NCBI GenBank assembly: GCA_051252135.1
Contig: JBPOGH010000002.1
Location: 224,001 to 288,000, forward strand
Direction: 5' to 3'
Source: Verrucomicrobiaceae bacterium
GTDB lineage: Bacteria > Verrucomicrobiota > Verrucomicrobiia > Verrucomicrobiales > Akkermansiaceae
Length of the DNA stretch: 64,000 bases
The position numbers and the translations under genes are program-made. A model generated the notes under the pieces. It worked only from the letters and a program-made list of their open reading frames with translations, ran no database searches and had not been told where the DNA came from. Below, piece by piece: positions 27,764 to 37,508 of the stretch (positions are counted from its first letter, which is position 1; each line of letters begins with the position of its first letter).

Positions 27764-28690
27764 TTAGTCGAACTTCACCTTTTCCATGACGGAGGCGATG
27801 CCGGCGAAGGTGTCGTTGTCGACCTTTACCAGTTTGTCACGTCCGAGCGCTTTGAGGGTGGCTGCGTCGTCACAGTTGACGAGGGCGTCCTGAAGCTTGT
27901 CGATGAATCCTTCACCGAAGGCTTTTTCAAGCGCGGGATGTGCGGTGAAGTTGTAGTCGGCATAGGGAGGGGTTTCCCAGATGACCTTGACCTTGGAGGG
28001 ATCGAGTTCTCCTGCGGCGATCATTTTATCGAAGGTCGAGAAGTTGAGGGCGCCGGCCTGGAAGGTGCCGTCCTGGACCTGGAGGGCGGTTTTGTCATGG
28101 GCGCCGGAGAAGCCGAGGGGTTTCTTTTGGAAGAAATCCATGGGGGCTTTGCCGGTGTTTTCCATGATGAAGTGGGAGGGCATGATGCAACCGGAGGTCG
28201 ATCCCGAGCTTCCGTAGGTGAAGGTCAGGTTGGCGATCTCAGCGGGGAAGCTATCGGAGCGCTCGAGTCCGGTGGAGGTGTGGGCAATGAAGTAGGATTT
28301 GAAGGCGAGGTCGGCCTCGCCAGCGGCGATGGCTTCAGCCCCATCGACGGCCTTGCGGGCGTCAACTCCGGAGACGCCTCCGAACCAGGCGAGGTGGATG
28401 TCGCCATTGGAGAATTTTTGAACCGAAGCACCGTAGTCGGCCGAGGGGACGAACTCGACCTTGATGCCGAGTTTTTCCGAGAGGTAGTCTGCGACAGGCT
28501 TGTATTTTTCAGCTTGGCCAGTGGTGTTCTCGTCAGGGATTGCGGAGAATCTGAGAACGGCGTCCGAGGCATCGGCCTCTTTTTTGCCGCAGCTGGTGAG
28601 AGCGAGAGCTGCTCCTGCAATGATGATGCCGCTTGCGCAGCCCTTCAACGTCTGGAAGATCGACCGATCTTCCGGCTTGAGTGAATTCAT
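27764..28690 (-). CDS. PhnD-family lipoprotein substrate-binding protein ('putative selenate ABC' subfamily-like)
   Basis: Lipobox LTSC; AIPDE, AWFGGVSG, GSTSGCIMP, FSGAHD, WETPPYADYN. Confidence 0.85.
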   Translation of the reverse strand: MNSLKPEDRSIFQTLKGCASGIIIAGAALALTSCGKKEADASDAVLRFSAIPDENTTGQAEKYKPVADYLSEKLGIKVEFVPSADYGASVQKFSNGDIHLAWFGGVSGVDARKAVDGAEAIAAGEADLAFKSYFIAHTSTGLERSDSFPAEIANLTFTYGSSGSTSGCIMPSHFIMENTGKAPMDFFQKKPLGFSGAHDKTALQVQDGTFQAGALNFSTFDKMIAAGELDPSKVKVIWETPPYADYNFTAHPALEKAFGEGFIDKLQDALVNCDDAATLKALGRDKLVKVDNDTFAGIASVMEKVKFD

Positions 28691-28783
28691 GTATCTTTTT
28701 TTCGGGACGCAGAATCGGGACTGCGCTTGGGGGAGACCCTCATGTCTTTTGGGGCGGAGCGCAATGGTGAAAATAGATTCTCT

Positions 28784-30340
28784 TTAGCTGAATGCTTTCC
28801 AGAACGCGTCGGTTTGTTCCTGATCGGGGACGATTTCGAGAAGGAGTGGGCTGGTGGCGGTATCGAGGAGGTCAAAATCCTCGGTGCAGGTGATGCGGAG
28901 GTGTTGGAAATTCCACATTTCGGCCCATTTAGAGAAGTCGACGCTTTGTGGTTGGACGACGGCCTGGTGTTGGGCGGCGTCCATGCCTTCGAGCCGAGGG
29001 AGGCGTTCGAAGATGCGGCCGCCGTGGTTGTTGATGACGACGAGGACGCGGCCTTCGGTTTGGACCTGGGGGAAGAGGGCGGGGGCGGCGAGATCGTAGA
29101 GGGTGGTGAGGTCGCCGAAGACGCCCCAAGCATCGGGTTCTTCAGCGGTGGCGCCGAGCCAGGTGGAGATTTGTCCGTCGATGCCATTGGCTCCACGGTT
29201 GGCGCGGACGTTGGTGTAGGGTGTTCTGCGTTGGGCGAAGTCATTCCACTCGCGGATGGGCAGGCTGTTTCCGAGGAAGAGGCTTTCGCTGGTGGTGGCG
29301 TAGACGGAGAGGGTGCGGATGAGGCCGGGTTCGCTATCCGGGTAGCCCTCAAGGAGTTCGTCGGTGCGGGAGAGGGAGCGGCGTGCGGCGGGGAGGTCGT
29401 CATCGATGTCTCCGAGTTCGTCGACGTCGCCGTAACCGCGGATGACGCGACCGACCTCGGCGGCGATGACGCTGGAAGGGCGGGCGAGGCCGGGGAGGCC
29501 GTTGCGGGTGATGGAGAGGACGTCCACTTCGGGGTGGTCTTCGAGGTCACGCCAGAGTCGGCCGACGGGGACTTCGCCGAGGCGGAGAATTTTTCCGGGG
29601 AGTTTTTTCCGGACCACGGCATCCGGAATGATGAGGTGGTGGAGTGCTTCGCGGAGGCCGCTGGTGACATCAGCGACGACGGGGACGCCGAGGGTGTTGA
29701 GGAAGTGGTAGGTGTCCTCGCGGTCGTCTTCATCGAGGCCGCCAAGCATGACGATGAGTCCATCGATGAAGTTGGTGGTGATGAAGTCGCGGAGTTCGAG
29801 GACGGCGAAGGGTCGGCGTGCGGGGAGGAAGGGTTCGGCGGGAGGATGGGTAGCCGTTTTTTCGGGGAGAGTGGCCTCGCCGAGTTCGACATTGAGATGG
29901 AGGGGGCCGTGGCCTTTCCAATCGGGGCCGAGGTGAGCGTAGGTGGTGAAGATTCCTTCCTGTTCGATGGCTTGGGGAGCGCCGGTTCCGCGGTATTCTG
30001 CGGGGCGATCAGCGGAGACGATGATGAGGGGGAGGGCGGAGTAGTGGGCCTCGATGACGGCGGGGAGGCACTCGGCGACGGCGGTGCCGCTGGTGGTGAC
30101 GACGGCGCAGGGGAGGCCGGTGGCTTTGGTGCGTCCGAGGGCGAAGAAGGCAGCGCCGCGTTCCTCGAAGTGTGGGAAGATGCGGGTGGTGGGGTGATCG
30201 GTGAGAAGGCTGACGAGGACGGCGTTTCGTGCGCCTCCGCAGACTACGAATTCATCGCATCCCAGCGACAGGAGTTGAGCGACAATATCAGCTTCAGTAT
30301 TCAAGAGGCGAACCCTGCCTTTGAATGGGCGTGGTGGCAA
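28784..30340 (-). CDS. menD: SEPHCHC synthase MenD
   Basis: EERGAAFFALG, TSGTAVAE, SADRP, GNSLPIR, ANRGANGIDG, GDLT..INNHGGRIF; start uncertain. Confidence 0.92.
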   Translation of the reverse strand: MPPRPFKGRVRLLNTEADIVAQLLSLGCDEFVVCGGARNAVLVSLLTDHPTTRIFPHFEERGAAFFALGRTKATGLPCAVVTTSGTAVAECLPAVIEAHYSALPLIIVSADRPAEYRGTGAPQAIEQEGIFTTYAHLGPDWKGHGPLHLNVELGEATLPEKTATHPPAEPFLPARRPFAVLELRDFITTNFIDGLIVMLGGLDEDDREDTYHFLNTLGVPVVADVTSGLREALHHLIIPDAVVRKKLPGKILRLGEVPVGRLWRDLEDHPEVDVLSITRNGLPGLARPSSVIAAEVGRVIRGYGDVDELGDIDDDLPAARRSLSRTDELLEGYPDSEPGLIRTLSVYATTSESLFLGNSLPIREWNDFAQRRTPYTNVRANRGANGIDGQISTWLGATAEEPDAWGVFGDLTTLYDLAAPALFPQVQTEGRVLVVINNHGGRIFERLPRLEGMDAAQHQAVVQPQSVDFSKWAEMWNFQHLRITCTEDFDLLDTATSPLLLEIVPDQEQTDAFWKAFS

Positions 30341-30451
30341 GAGTGGTGGTGAAAAGAGAGTTTTGGGCGGAGGTTTAACAAATCATTTGCGAGGGTGAAT
30401 CGTGTTGCTTGGGATTGACGCTTCAATTGGGGTGCTCCATTTTATGAATGG

Positions 30452-30889
30452 ATGATTACTGAAGAGGATGAGGAGCGGACGGATGCGGTTGAGCAAATTT
30501 GCCTCCGGTGTGGCGGGGTGAATGATGAGCGGGCATCGCGGTGCGGGAGTTGCCGCGCGCCGCTGGATGATTTTGCGGCGAGTTCGCCATGGGAGATGGG
30601 GAAGGTGGCGGGCGGAGGGTATGCCGATCCGGTGAGTCCGCGTACCAAGCCGGTGATTTTTTACGGTGTGTGGGCTTATTTTGGGCCGACGGGTCTGTTC
30701 TCCATCTGGGCGATTTATCAAACGCTCAGTGATTTGCTGACTGGTGAAGTGGCTGGGAATTTGGAGACGTTTTTACCGTTCCTCCTCAGTCTTGTTTATG
30801 GGGCGCTGAGCGCGTGGGCGCTGTGGGCGGTAACCAAGGGGTATCTTGGCGCGGACGAGAAGAATGAAGATTCCGAAGCGGAGTTGTGA
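30452..30889 (+). CDS. Hypothetical Zn-ribbon plus two-TM membrane protein
   Basis: CLRC..CGSC followed by two hydrophobic helices. Confidence 0.65.
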   Translation: MITEEDEERTDAVEQICLRCGGVNDERASRCGSCRAPLDDFAASSPWEMGKVAGGGYADPVSPRTKPVIFYGVWAYFGPTGLFSIWAIYQTLSDLLTGEVAGNLETFLPFLLSLVYGALSAWALWAVTKGYLGADEKNEDSEAEL

Positions 30890-32194
30890 CTACATTACCG
30901 CGAACTTGAGTTCGGCGCTGGAGACGATCTGTCCGTTGACGGAGCAGGTGGCAACGGCTTGGCCGATGTTGCGGCGCATGTTGGTGATTTCAGCGTCGAT
31001 AAAGAGGGTGTCACCGGGGACGACGGGTTTGCGGAATTTGACTTTGTCCGCGCTGAGGAAGTAGCCGATTTTTCCCTGATTGTCAGGGAGACGCATGATG
31101 AGGACGGAGGCGGTTTGTGCCATGGCCTCGAGTTGGAGAACGCCGGGCATGACGGGGTGACCGGGGAAGTGCCCCTGGAAGAATTCCTCGTTCATGGTGA
31201 GGTTCTTGATGGCGGTGCACTTGAGGTCGGAGGAGAAGCCGGTGACGCGATCGATGAGGAGGAAAGGATAGCGATGGGGAAGAATGCGAAGGATGTCTTC
31301 CGGTCCGAGGACGGCCTCGGCCTCCGGGATTTTGAGCGGTGGAACCATGGCACGCATGGCGGCGTATTCCTTCTTAATGGACGTGGCCATTTGGGTGTTG
31401 GGTCCGTGACCCGGGGCGACGGCGATGACGTGGCCGTTGAATTTTTTACCGGAGAGCATGAGGTCACCGATAAGGTCGAGGGCCTTGTGGCGGGCGAACT
31501 CGTTATCGAAGCGCATGGGCTCTTTGGACATGATCTCGTCTCCGCGAACGACGACGGCGTTTTCAAGGGAGCCGCCTTTGATGAGGCCTTTGTCGAGGAG
31601 AGGTTTGATGTCCTCGTAGAAGGTGAAGGTGCGGGCGGGAGCGATCTCTTTTTCGTAGGTCTCGGGATTTACGACAGAGGAGAAGTATTGCACGAAACGA
31701 CCGTCTTTTCCGATGTTGGTAACGGAGACGCGGAACTCCTTATCAGGCACGATGGTGATGAGGGAGCCGTTTCCAATATCGATGTGGATTGGCTCGCGAA
31801 TTTCCCAGATTTGGCGTGGGGTGGATTGCTCCTGGAGGCCGGCTTTTTTAATGAGCTCAACGTAAGGGCGGGATGAGCCGTCGCCGATGGGAGGTTCGTT
31901 GGCGTCCATTTCGATGAGGGCGTTGTCGACCCCGAGTCCGACGAGTGCCGAAAGGACGTGCTCTACTGTATGAACGCGGACCGAGCCCTCGGCAAGGGTG
32001 GTGGCGCGTTCGACCGTCTGGACCTTGGAGACATCGGCATCGATGAACGGCTTGTCGGGAAGGTCGACGCGGCGGAATTTGAAACCGTGGCCTTCTGGGG
32101 CGGGTTTGAGGGTGAGGCTGACTTTTTCTCCGGTGTGGAGAGAGGTTCCTTCCAGAGTGGCTTCGCTCGCGAGAGTGTGCTCCATGTGGGACAT
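30890..32194 (-). CDS. lpxC-fabZ: Bifunctional LpxC/FabZ
   Basis: GTSLHTG, TVEHVLSAL, DGSS, RHKALDLIGD; then LPHRYPFLLIDR, FQGHFPGHPVMPGV. Confidence 0.96.
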   Translation of the reverse strand: MSHMEHTLASEATLEGTSLHTGEKVSLTLKPAPEGHGFKFRRVDLPDKPFIDADVSKVQTVERATTLAEGSVRVHTVEHVLSALVGLGVDNALIEMDANEPPIGDGSSRPYVELIKKAGLQEQSTPRQIWEIREPIHIDIGNGSLITIVPDKEFRVSVTNIGKDGRFVQYFSSVVNPETYEKEIAPARTFTFYEDIKPLLDKGLIKGGSLENAVVVRGDEIMSKEPMRFDNEFARHKALDLIGDLMLSGKKFNGHVIAVAPGHGPNTQMATSIKKEYAAMRAMVPPLKIPEAEAVLGPEDILRILPHRYPFLLIDRVTGFSSDLKCTAIKNLTMNEEFFQGHFPGHPVMPGVLQLEAMAQTASVLIMRLPDNQGKIGYFLSADKVKFRKPVVPGDTLFIDAEITNMRRNIGQAVATCSVNGQIVSSAELKFAVM

Positions 32195-32311
32195 GCGCAG
32201 GCTTTTAGAGGCCTAATCCTGATCGGTCGAGGGATATTAATCACGGGGATTGTTTCGCGAGAAAATGATTTTCGGGTTGGGGAAAGCAAGTAAGCTGATT
32301 TCAATCTCGCC

Positions 32312-33067
32312 ATGGCAAAGCTGCAGGAAATCGTGGAATATTTGGACAAGGAACTCAGGACGTTGGAGATTCCGGATTATGGTGGTGCGATGAATGGGTT
32401 GCAGCTTGAGAATAATGGGACTGTGACAAAGGTGGCTGCAGCAGTGGACGCCAGCCGGGAAGTCGTGAATCGGGCGTTGGGCGAAGGGGCGGACTTACTG
32501 ATTGTTCATCACGGGATGTTCTGGCAGGGAGCCAGGCCAATTCGCGGAGCCATTTATGAAAAGTTGAGCAGGGCGATGGCGGGCAACCTGGCAATCTACA
32601 GTTCGCATATCCCTCTGGATGTTCATCCCCAGTGGGGGAATAACGCGATTTTGGCCGGGGAACTTGGGATGATTGAGCAGGAGCCGTTTTTTGATTGGAA
32701 GGGGATCCAGCTGGGAATCAAGGGGCGATTCGACGGCAATCTGGGTGCCCTTTCAAGGAAGCTGGAAGGGGTCTTGGGAGGTGGGGTTCTACTGAGGGGA
32801 AATGTTGAGGAGGAATGCGGCGCAATCGGGTTGATTACGGGAGGGGCGGGGAGCGAGGTGGAAGCCGTTGCCGCTCTGGGAATCGATACCTTTATTACCG
32901 GGGAAGGTCCCCACTGGAGTTCTCCGCTGGCAGAAGAAATGGGAGTGAACCTCCTCTATGGCGGGCACTATGCAACAGAGGTTTTTGGTGTCCAATCTGT
33001 CGTTAAGGTCCTGAGGGACAACTGGAACCTTGAATCTTGTTTCATTGATGCTCCGACAAATCTCTAA
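32312..33067 (+). CDS. Nif3-like dinuclear metal centre hexameric protein (YbgI family)
   Basis: NGLQLE, IVHHG, SHIPLDVH..GNN, FITGE, GHYATE. Confidence 0.93.
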   Translation: MAKLQEIVEYLDKELRTLEIPDYGGAMNGLQLENNGTVTKVAAAVDASREVVNRALGEGADLLIVHHGMFWQGARPIRGAIYEKLSRAMAGNLAIYSSHIPLDVHPQWGNNAILAGELGMIEQEPFFDWKGIQLGIKGRFDGNLGALSRKLEGVLGGGVLLRGNVEEECGAIGLITGGAGSEVEAVAALGIDTFITGEGPHWSSPLAEEMGVNLLYGGHYATEVFGVQSVVKVLRDNWNLESCFIDAPTNL

Positions 33068-33142
33068 ACCCGATCAAGATGTTATGATTGAAGTTAATGC
33101 CCAACCTGCCCCAAAAGAATGCATTCACCGCCAAAAAAAGGC

Positions 33143-33171
33143 TTGCGCTGGGAAGGGCTGGGCCGTAAAAC
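33143..33171 (+). promoter_or_regulatory. Putative promoter of tRNA-Gly
   Basis: TTGCGC-N17-TAAAAC, 13 nt before the tRNA. Confidence 0.5.
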
Positions 33172-33184
33172 GTCTTTAAGTTTC

Positions 33185-33255
33185 GCGGGTATAGCTTAAT
33201 GGTAAAGCTCCAGCCTTCCAAGCTGATCATGAGGGTTCGATTCCCTCTACCCGCT
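33185..33255 (+). tRNA. tRNA-Gly (anticodon TCC), CCA not encoded
   Basis: GCGGGTA/TACCCGC acceptor stem, GCTT/AAGC D-arm, CTTCCAA anticodon loop, GAGGG-TTCGATT-CCCTC T-arm. Confidence 0.96.
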
Positions 33256-33307
33256 TATTGAAAACCTTTTAGAACCCAAATAATCACCCTAAAAAGAATC
33301 CAAACCA

Positions 33308-33892
33308 ATGAAAAATACGCTTAAATTCGCGCTTACGGCAGTTCTTCTTGCTGCTGCGCCTCTCGCTTCGGCTGAGGCCATTGACTGCGTCAAAGTCAGC
33401 TCCACGGTCAAAGCTGCTGTTGCAGCCGACTCCGGGAAGGTCCTTGAAATTGTCGCCAAGCAGGTTGCTGCCAACGAATCTTGCGCATGCGAGGTTGTGA
33501 AAGCTGCCATCATCGCATCCGATGCAGACAAGGCCGTTGTTGCTCAGATCGTCGACACAGCTATCCTTGAAGCTCCGTCCATGCTGCAGATCATCGCACA
33601 GTGCGCGATTGCGGTTGCGCCCGATGCTATTTCCAATGTTCAGGCTGTAGTTGAAAAATACGATGCTGCTGGCGGTGAAGGTTACTCTGAAAAAGGTGGC
33701 CTTGAAAAAGGTGTCATTGAGCCCGTTGCCGTTGAAAAGCCCAACCCATTGGATTTCCCCGGCGGTAAGCCAGGCGACCCTGTTGGTCCCCGTCCAGGCA
33801 ACCCTGGTGGATTCACGGTCATCCCACCAATTCTTCCTCCAGTCATTCCACCCATCGTGACTCCTCCGACCACTACCAGTATCGGCGGTTAA
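33308..33892 (+). CDS. Secreted Ala/Val-rich helical protein with Pro-rich tail
   Basis: Signal peptide (..ASA-EA), four Cys, PxxPP tail. Confidence 0.8.
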   Translation: MKNTLKFALTAVLLAAAPLASAEAIDCVKVSSTVKAAVAADSGKVLEIVAKQVAANESCACEVVKAAIIASDADKAVVAQIVDTAILEAPSMLQIIAQCAIAVAPDAISNVQAVVEKYDAAGGEGYSEKGGLEKGVIEPVAVEKPNPLDFPGGKPGDPVGPRPGNPGGFTVIPPILPPVIPPIVTPPTTTSIGG

Positions 33893-33909
33893 TAATTGCT
33901 TTCTCGTTG

Positions 33910-33931
33910 TTCCGGTGATTTGTCACCGGAA
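33910..33931 (+). other. Intercistronic hairpin without U tract
   Basis: TTCCGGTGA-TTTG-TCACCGGAA. Confidence 0.65.
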
Positions 33932-33965
33932 TGCTGAAGCCTAAATAACTTAAAAATAATATTAA

Positions 33966-35171
33966 ATGAAACGATTTGCAATTACAGCGCTCGGCCTCGC
34001 TTCCGCAGGCTCCCTTTGCGCGCAATCACTTTTTGATCTTGCGCCAGGTGATGAGACCAACGAGTCCATCCCTTTGACTTGGACTCTCTCTGCGGGTCTT
34101 GGTTATGATGACAACCCTACGCCCACGCTTGCTGGAACTTCCAGTTCAACGTATGCTACCGGGCAAATTGGTGCATCATTCCTCAGTCAGACACCACAGT
34201 CCACGCTGGAGTTTTTCGCTCGGGTAGGAGTGATTCACTATCTTGATACTCTGCCTCCAGGGGTCGATGAGACCACTTACACTGCCGGACTCGGAGTGAA
34301 CTGGACCCATCGGGTGAGTGAGCGCGTGCGTCTCTCAAGCCGCAACTACATCACCCACGAACTTGAGCCAGACTTCGCCTCCGGAATTTCCGGGGCCCGT
34401 CAGTTGGGTTCGTATACTCGTTATGCTTCGGACAACGCCATCGGATACCGTTGGTCAGAGCGTCTTGGAACATACACAGGTGTGACTTTTGATGGCACCA
34501 CCTATGATGATGCTCCTGCTGCAGACGTTGAAAGCGTGACTTTCTACAACGACTTCCGTTACCAGCTTAGCCCGCAGACCGTAGCTACATTGACCTACCG
34601 CTATTCAGAGCGTGACGTAGTGGGAACTGCAGATTCAACCAACCACTTCATCCTTGCCGGTCTCGAGCATCGCTTCAGCCCAAATACCATTGGTATTCTT
34701 CGCGCAGGTGTTCAGAAGCGTGAGGTTGATGGTGTTCCTTTTGCAGATGGAACCAGCCCAAGTCTTGAAGCCGCACTTCGTTCACAGATCAACGAGCAGT
34801 TCTCTGTTCGTGCCTATGCTCGTTACGGTGTGGAAGATTACGGACGATTCATCGGCGGATTGCAGTATGCCGATACCGAGACCCTGCGTCTTGGCATCAC
34901 CGGTAACTACCGCGTCTCTGAAGCACTTAGTCTTCGTGCAGGTGTGAACTACCAGGACATTGGCTATGAAAATCTTATTGCTGGTCCAGTAGGGACACCT
35001 CTCAGCGCTGAAGAAGATTTGATTAACGTGTTCCTCGGCTTCGACCTCAAGGTTGCTGACAACATGTGGGTCACGGGAACCTACAACTTCGAGGACCTTG
35101 GTTCTGATGTTGCGGCAGCCCGTAACTATGATCGAAACAAGATCAACCTCGGCGTCCGCGCCGAGTTCTAA
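33966..35171 (+). CDS. Outer-membrane beta-barrel protein (polysaccharide-export-associated porin-like)
   Basis: Signal peptide; GLGYDDN N-terminal motif; alternating amphipathic strands; terminal YDRNKINLGVRAEF with C-terminal Phe. Confidence 0.85.
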   Translation: MKRFAITALGLASAGSLCAQSLFDLAPGDETNESIPLTWTLSAGLGYDDNPTPTLAGTSSSTYATGQIGASFLSQTPQSTLEFFARVGVIHYLDTLPPGVDETTYTAGLGVNWTHRVSERVRLSSRNYITHELEPDFASGISGARQLGSYTRYASDNAIGYRWSERLGTYTGVTFDGTTYDDAPAADVESVTFYNDFRYQLSPQTVATLTYRYSERDVVGTADSTNHFILAGLEHRFSPNTIGILRAGVQKREVDGVPFADGTSPSLEAALRSQINEQFSVRAYARYGVEDYGRFIGGLQYADTETLRLGITGNYRVSEALSLRAGVNYQDIGYENLIAGPVGTPLSAEEDLINVFLGFDLKVADNMWVTGTYNFEDLGSDVAAARNYDRNKINLGVRAEF

Positions 35172-35201
35172 AATTTTCAGCATCAAATACTGAACATTTT
35201 C

Positions 35202-35239
35202 ACTCTCGCAATGTCTTTACATTGCGAGAGTTCTTTTTT
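35202..35239 (+). terminator. Intrinsic terminator after beta-barrel gene
   Basis: Perfect 13-bp stem ACTCTCGCAATGT-CTTT-ACATTGCGAGAGT followed by TCTTTTTT. Confidence 0.85.
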
Positions 35240-35298
35240 GTGGGTAGTTAACTCCATCACTCGAACGAATCAACAATCACCACCCAAGCAAATCTAAG

Positions 35299-37476
35299 AT
35301 GCAATCCAAGGGACAACAGCCAACTGACTTCGGTCATTCAATCGATTACTGGCAAGTAATCAAAAATCGCTACGGGGTAATTCTACTTACCTTCCTTCTC
35401 GTTTTCATGACGGCGGCAGTCATCACCTCGGTGATGCCCCGGAAGTATGAGAGCACATCGGTTGTGCAGGTTCATCCCTCGATGATTGCAATTAGTCCGA
35501 CTGGACGTGCTAACAACACAGCGAATCCGGGAACGATGATGACCCGGCATTACATGGAGAATGAATTCGAGTCGATTATTGCGCCCCAAACGCTTTCCGA
35601 AGCCGCAGTCGCAATTGATCTCGAAAGCAGGTGGGACCTGGACCTCGAGGGTTCGGTTGACGTGTTGAAAAAGATCGTGCAGGCGGTTCCCCGTCGAGGA
35701 ACGGACTTTATTGAGATTTCGGTCCGTCATGCCAATAGTGAGGATGCAAAGGATATTGCAGAAGCAATTGCCGACGCCTACATCAACCGGCGTAACAGAA
35801 CGGAGCATAATCGCGCCAAGGAAGCGTTGGACGCACTTGACGAAGAGCTCCAGAGACACGGGGATGTTGTTCAGGAAAAGCGTAAGGCTTTGACTGTTCT
35901 TATCCAACAATACGGGATTCCCTACTTTGATGGACGGAGCTCCAGTCCGGTTGGTTTGACTGAGGAGGAAATGTACCGGAGGGCGAACTCAAAGTTGGAT
36001 CAATTGGAGCAAGATCGTAATCAGCTGGAGATTCAGATTAAGCGCCTTGTTAGCACTTCGCCGGATGATTTGATTCGGACGGCTGCAGGCCTGGAGCTTC
36101 CTGAGAACCAAGTGAGTAATCTCTATAACGAGTATCTTAAGACGAAGAGGAATCGTGAATCTGCGATTGCCAGTGGTCTTGGTCCAAATCACCCAACGGT
36201 CAAATCTCTCGATGGGATTGCGATCAATCTGATGAAGGATGCTGAAAAGGAAGTGACGTCCTTGAAAGAGGTTCTGAATACCCGCCTGAATCTGGTAGAC
36301 CGTCAGGTTGAGAGAATGCGCGAAATGGTGAAGGTTAAGAAGGATGACACGGTTGATCTCTCGATGCAGCAGCATCAGTACAACTCCGCCAAGGAAGAGT
36401 ATGAACAGGCCCGGGACCTTCTCCGTGCGATGAAGATTCAACAACAGGAGCAGCGGGTGCTGTTGAGAATGCCCCGTACTCCAATCACCCTTCATGAGCT
36501 TCCGAAGCTCGCAAAGTCTCCAGTTTTCCCCAATGTGACATTGAATTTGCTTTTGGGGGCTGGTGTTGGTCTGATCTTTGGAGTTGGTATCGCGTTCCTT
36601 CTGGAGCACCTGGATACCTCTGTTAAGAGTCTTGAAGATGTTGAGCGTTATCTTCAGGTCCCGGTTCTCGCGGTGATCCCCAAAGATGTTGGCGTCCTTC
36701 ACAAGCAGAGCGGCATGAGCCCTGATGCTGAGGCTTATCGAATTCTGCGAACCAATATTGAGTTCAACCGCAAGAACCCAGAGGACAACTCCATTACGGT
36801 TGTTTCCGGTGGCGCGGGTGAAGGTAAATCAACGACCCTAGTCAACCTTGCATACGTTTGTGCGCAGGGTGGATATACCACCCTGATGATCGATGCCGAC
36901 CTTCGTCGTCCTCGTCTTCACACATTCTTCGACATCAATAACTCGGTTGGCCTGACGAATTATCTGACGACCGATTTGGCTCTAGAAGATGTCATCTTGC
37001 AGACACCTGTGGACAACCTCTACTTCCTCCCGTCGGGAATTTTGCCTGCGGATGCCGCAGGAATCCTGAACTCCCGCCGTATGTCGGAGCTTCTACAAGA
37101 TGTTAAGCAGCGCTTCGACCTGGTCTTGGTGGACAGTCCTCCAATTCTTGGTGTGAGTGATGCAGCGGTGCTTGCGAGTGAGGTTGATCTGACCATGGTT
37201 GTCGTTCAGCACCGGAAGCTTCCCCGGAACATGCTGCTTCGAGTTAAGCAAGCAGTTGAAAATGTGGGTGGGCAGGTTATTGGTGTTGTGTTGAACAACG
37301 TTGATGTCCGAAGTGACAGCCAGTATCAATATTACACGAGCTACTACACCTATTATGCACCTAGTGCGATGGATGAGAATACGGCTCCGGCAAATTCGGC
37401 GCCAGTCGAGTCACCGGCCCAATCCATGCCATCCCAAAAAACACCCCCCAAAGGAGGAGGGGATGATCTTTACTAG
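35299..37476 (+). CDS. wzc: Wzc-like polysaccharide co-polymerase/tyrosine autokinase
   Basis: Two TMs around a coiled coil; EAYRILRTN, GAGEGKST, IDADLRRP, VDSPP, Tyr cluster YQYYTSYYTYY. Confidence 0.92.
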   Translation: MQSKGQQPTDFGHSIDYWQVIKNRYGVILLTFLLVFMTAAVITSVMPRKYESTSVVQVHPSMIAISPTGRANNTANPGTMMTRHYMENEFESIIAPQTLSEAAVAIDLESRWDLDLEGSVDVLKKIVQAVPRRGTDFIEISVRHANSEDAKDIAEAIADAYINRRNRTEHNRAKEALDALDEELQRHGDVVQEKRKALTVLIQQYGIPYFDGRSSSPVGLTEEEMYRRANSKLDQLEQDRNQLEIQIKRLVSTSPDDLIRTAAGLELPENQVSNLYNEYLKTKRNRESAIASGLGPNHPTVKSLDGIAINLMKDAEKEVTSLKEVLNTRLNLVDRQVERMREMVKVKKDDTVDLSMQQHQYNSAKEEYEQARDLLRAMKIQQQEQRVLLRMPRTPITLHELPKLAKSPVFPNVTLNLLLGAGVGLIFGVGIAFLLEHLDTSVKSLEDVERYLQVPVLAVIPKDVGVLHKQSGMSPDAEAYRILRTNIEFNRKNPEDNSITVVSGGAGEGKSTTLVNLAYVCAQGGYTTLMIDADLRRPRLHTFFDINNSVGLTNYLTTDLALEDVILQTPVDNLYFLPSGILPADAAGILNSRRMSELLQDVKQRFDLVLVDSPPILGVSDAAVLASEVDLTMVVVQHRKLPRNMLLRVKQAVENVGGQVIGVVLNNVDVRSDSQYQYYTSYYTYYAPSAMDENTAPANSAPVESPAQSMPSQKTPPKGGGDDLY

Positions 37477-37508
37477 AATCCTCCGACCATTAGAACAGAC
37501 CACTTATT

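Noticed and set aside
30890..32194. LpxC-FabZ fusion as a novelty
   Set aside because: Well-known fusion in Bacteroidota and Verrucomicrobiota
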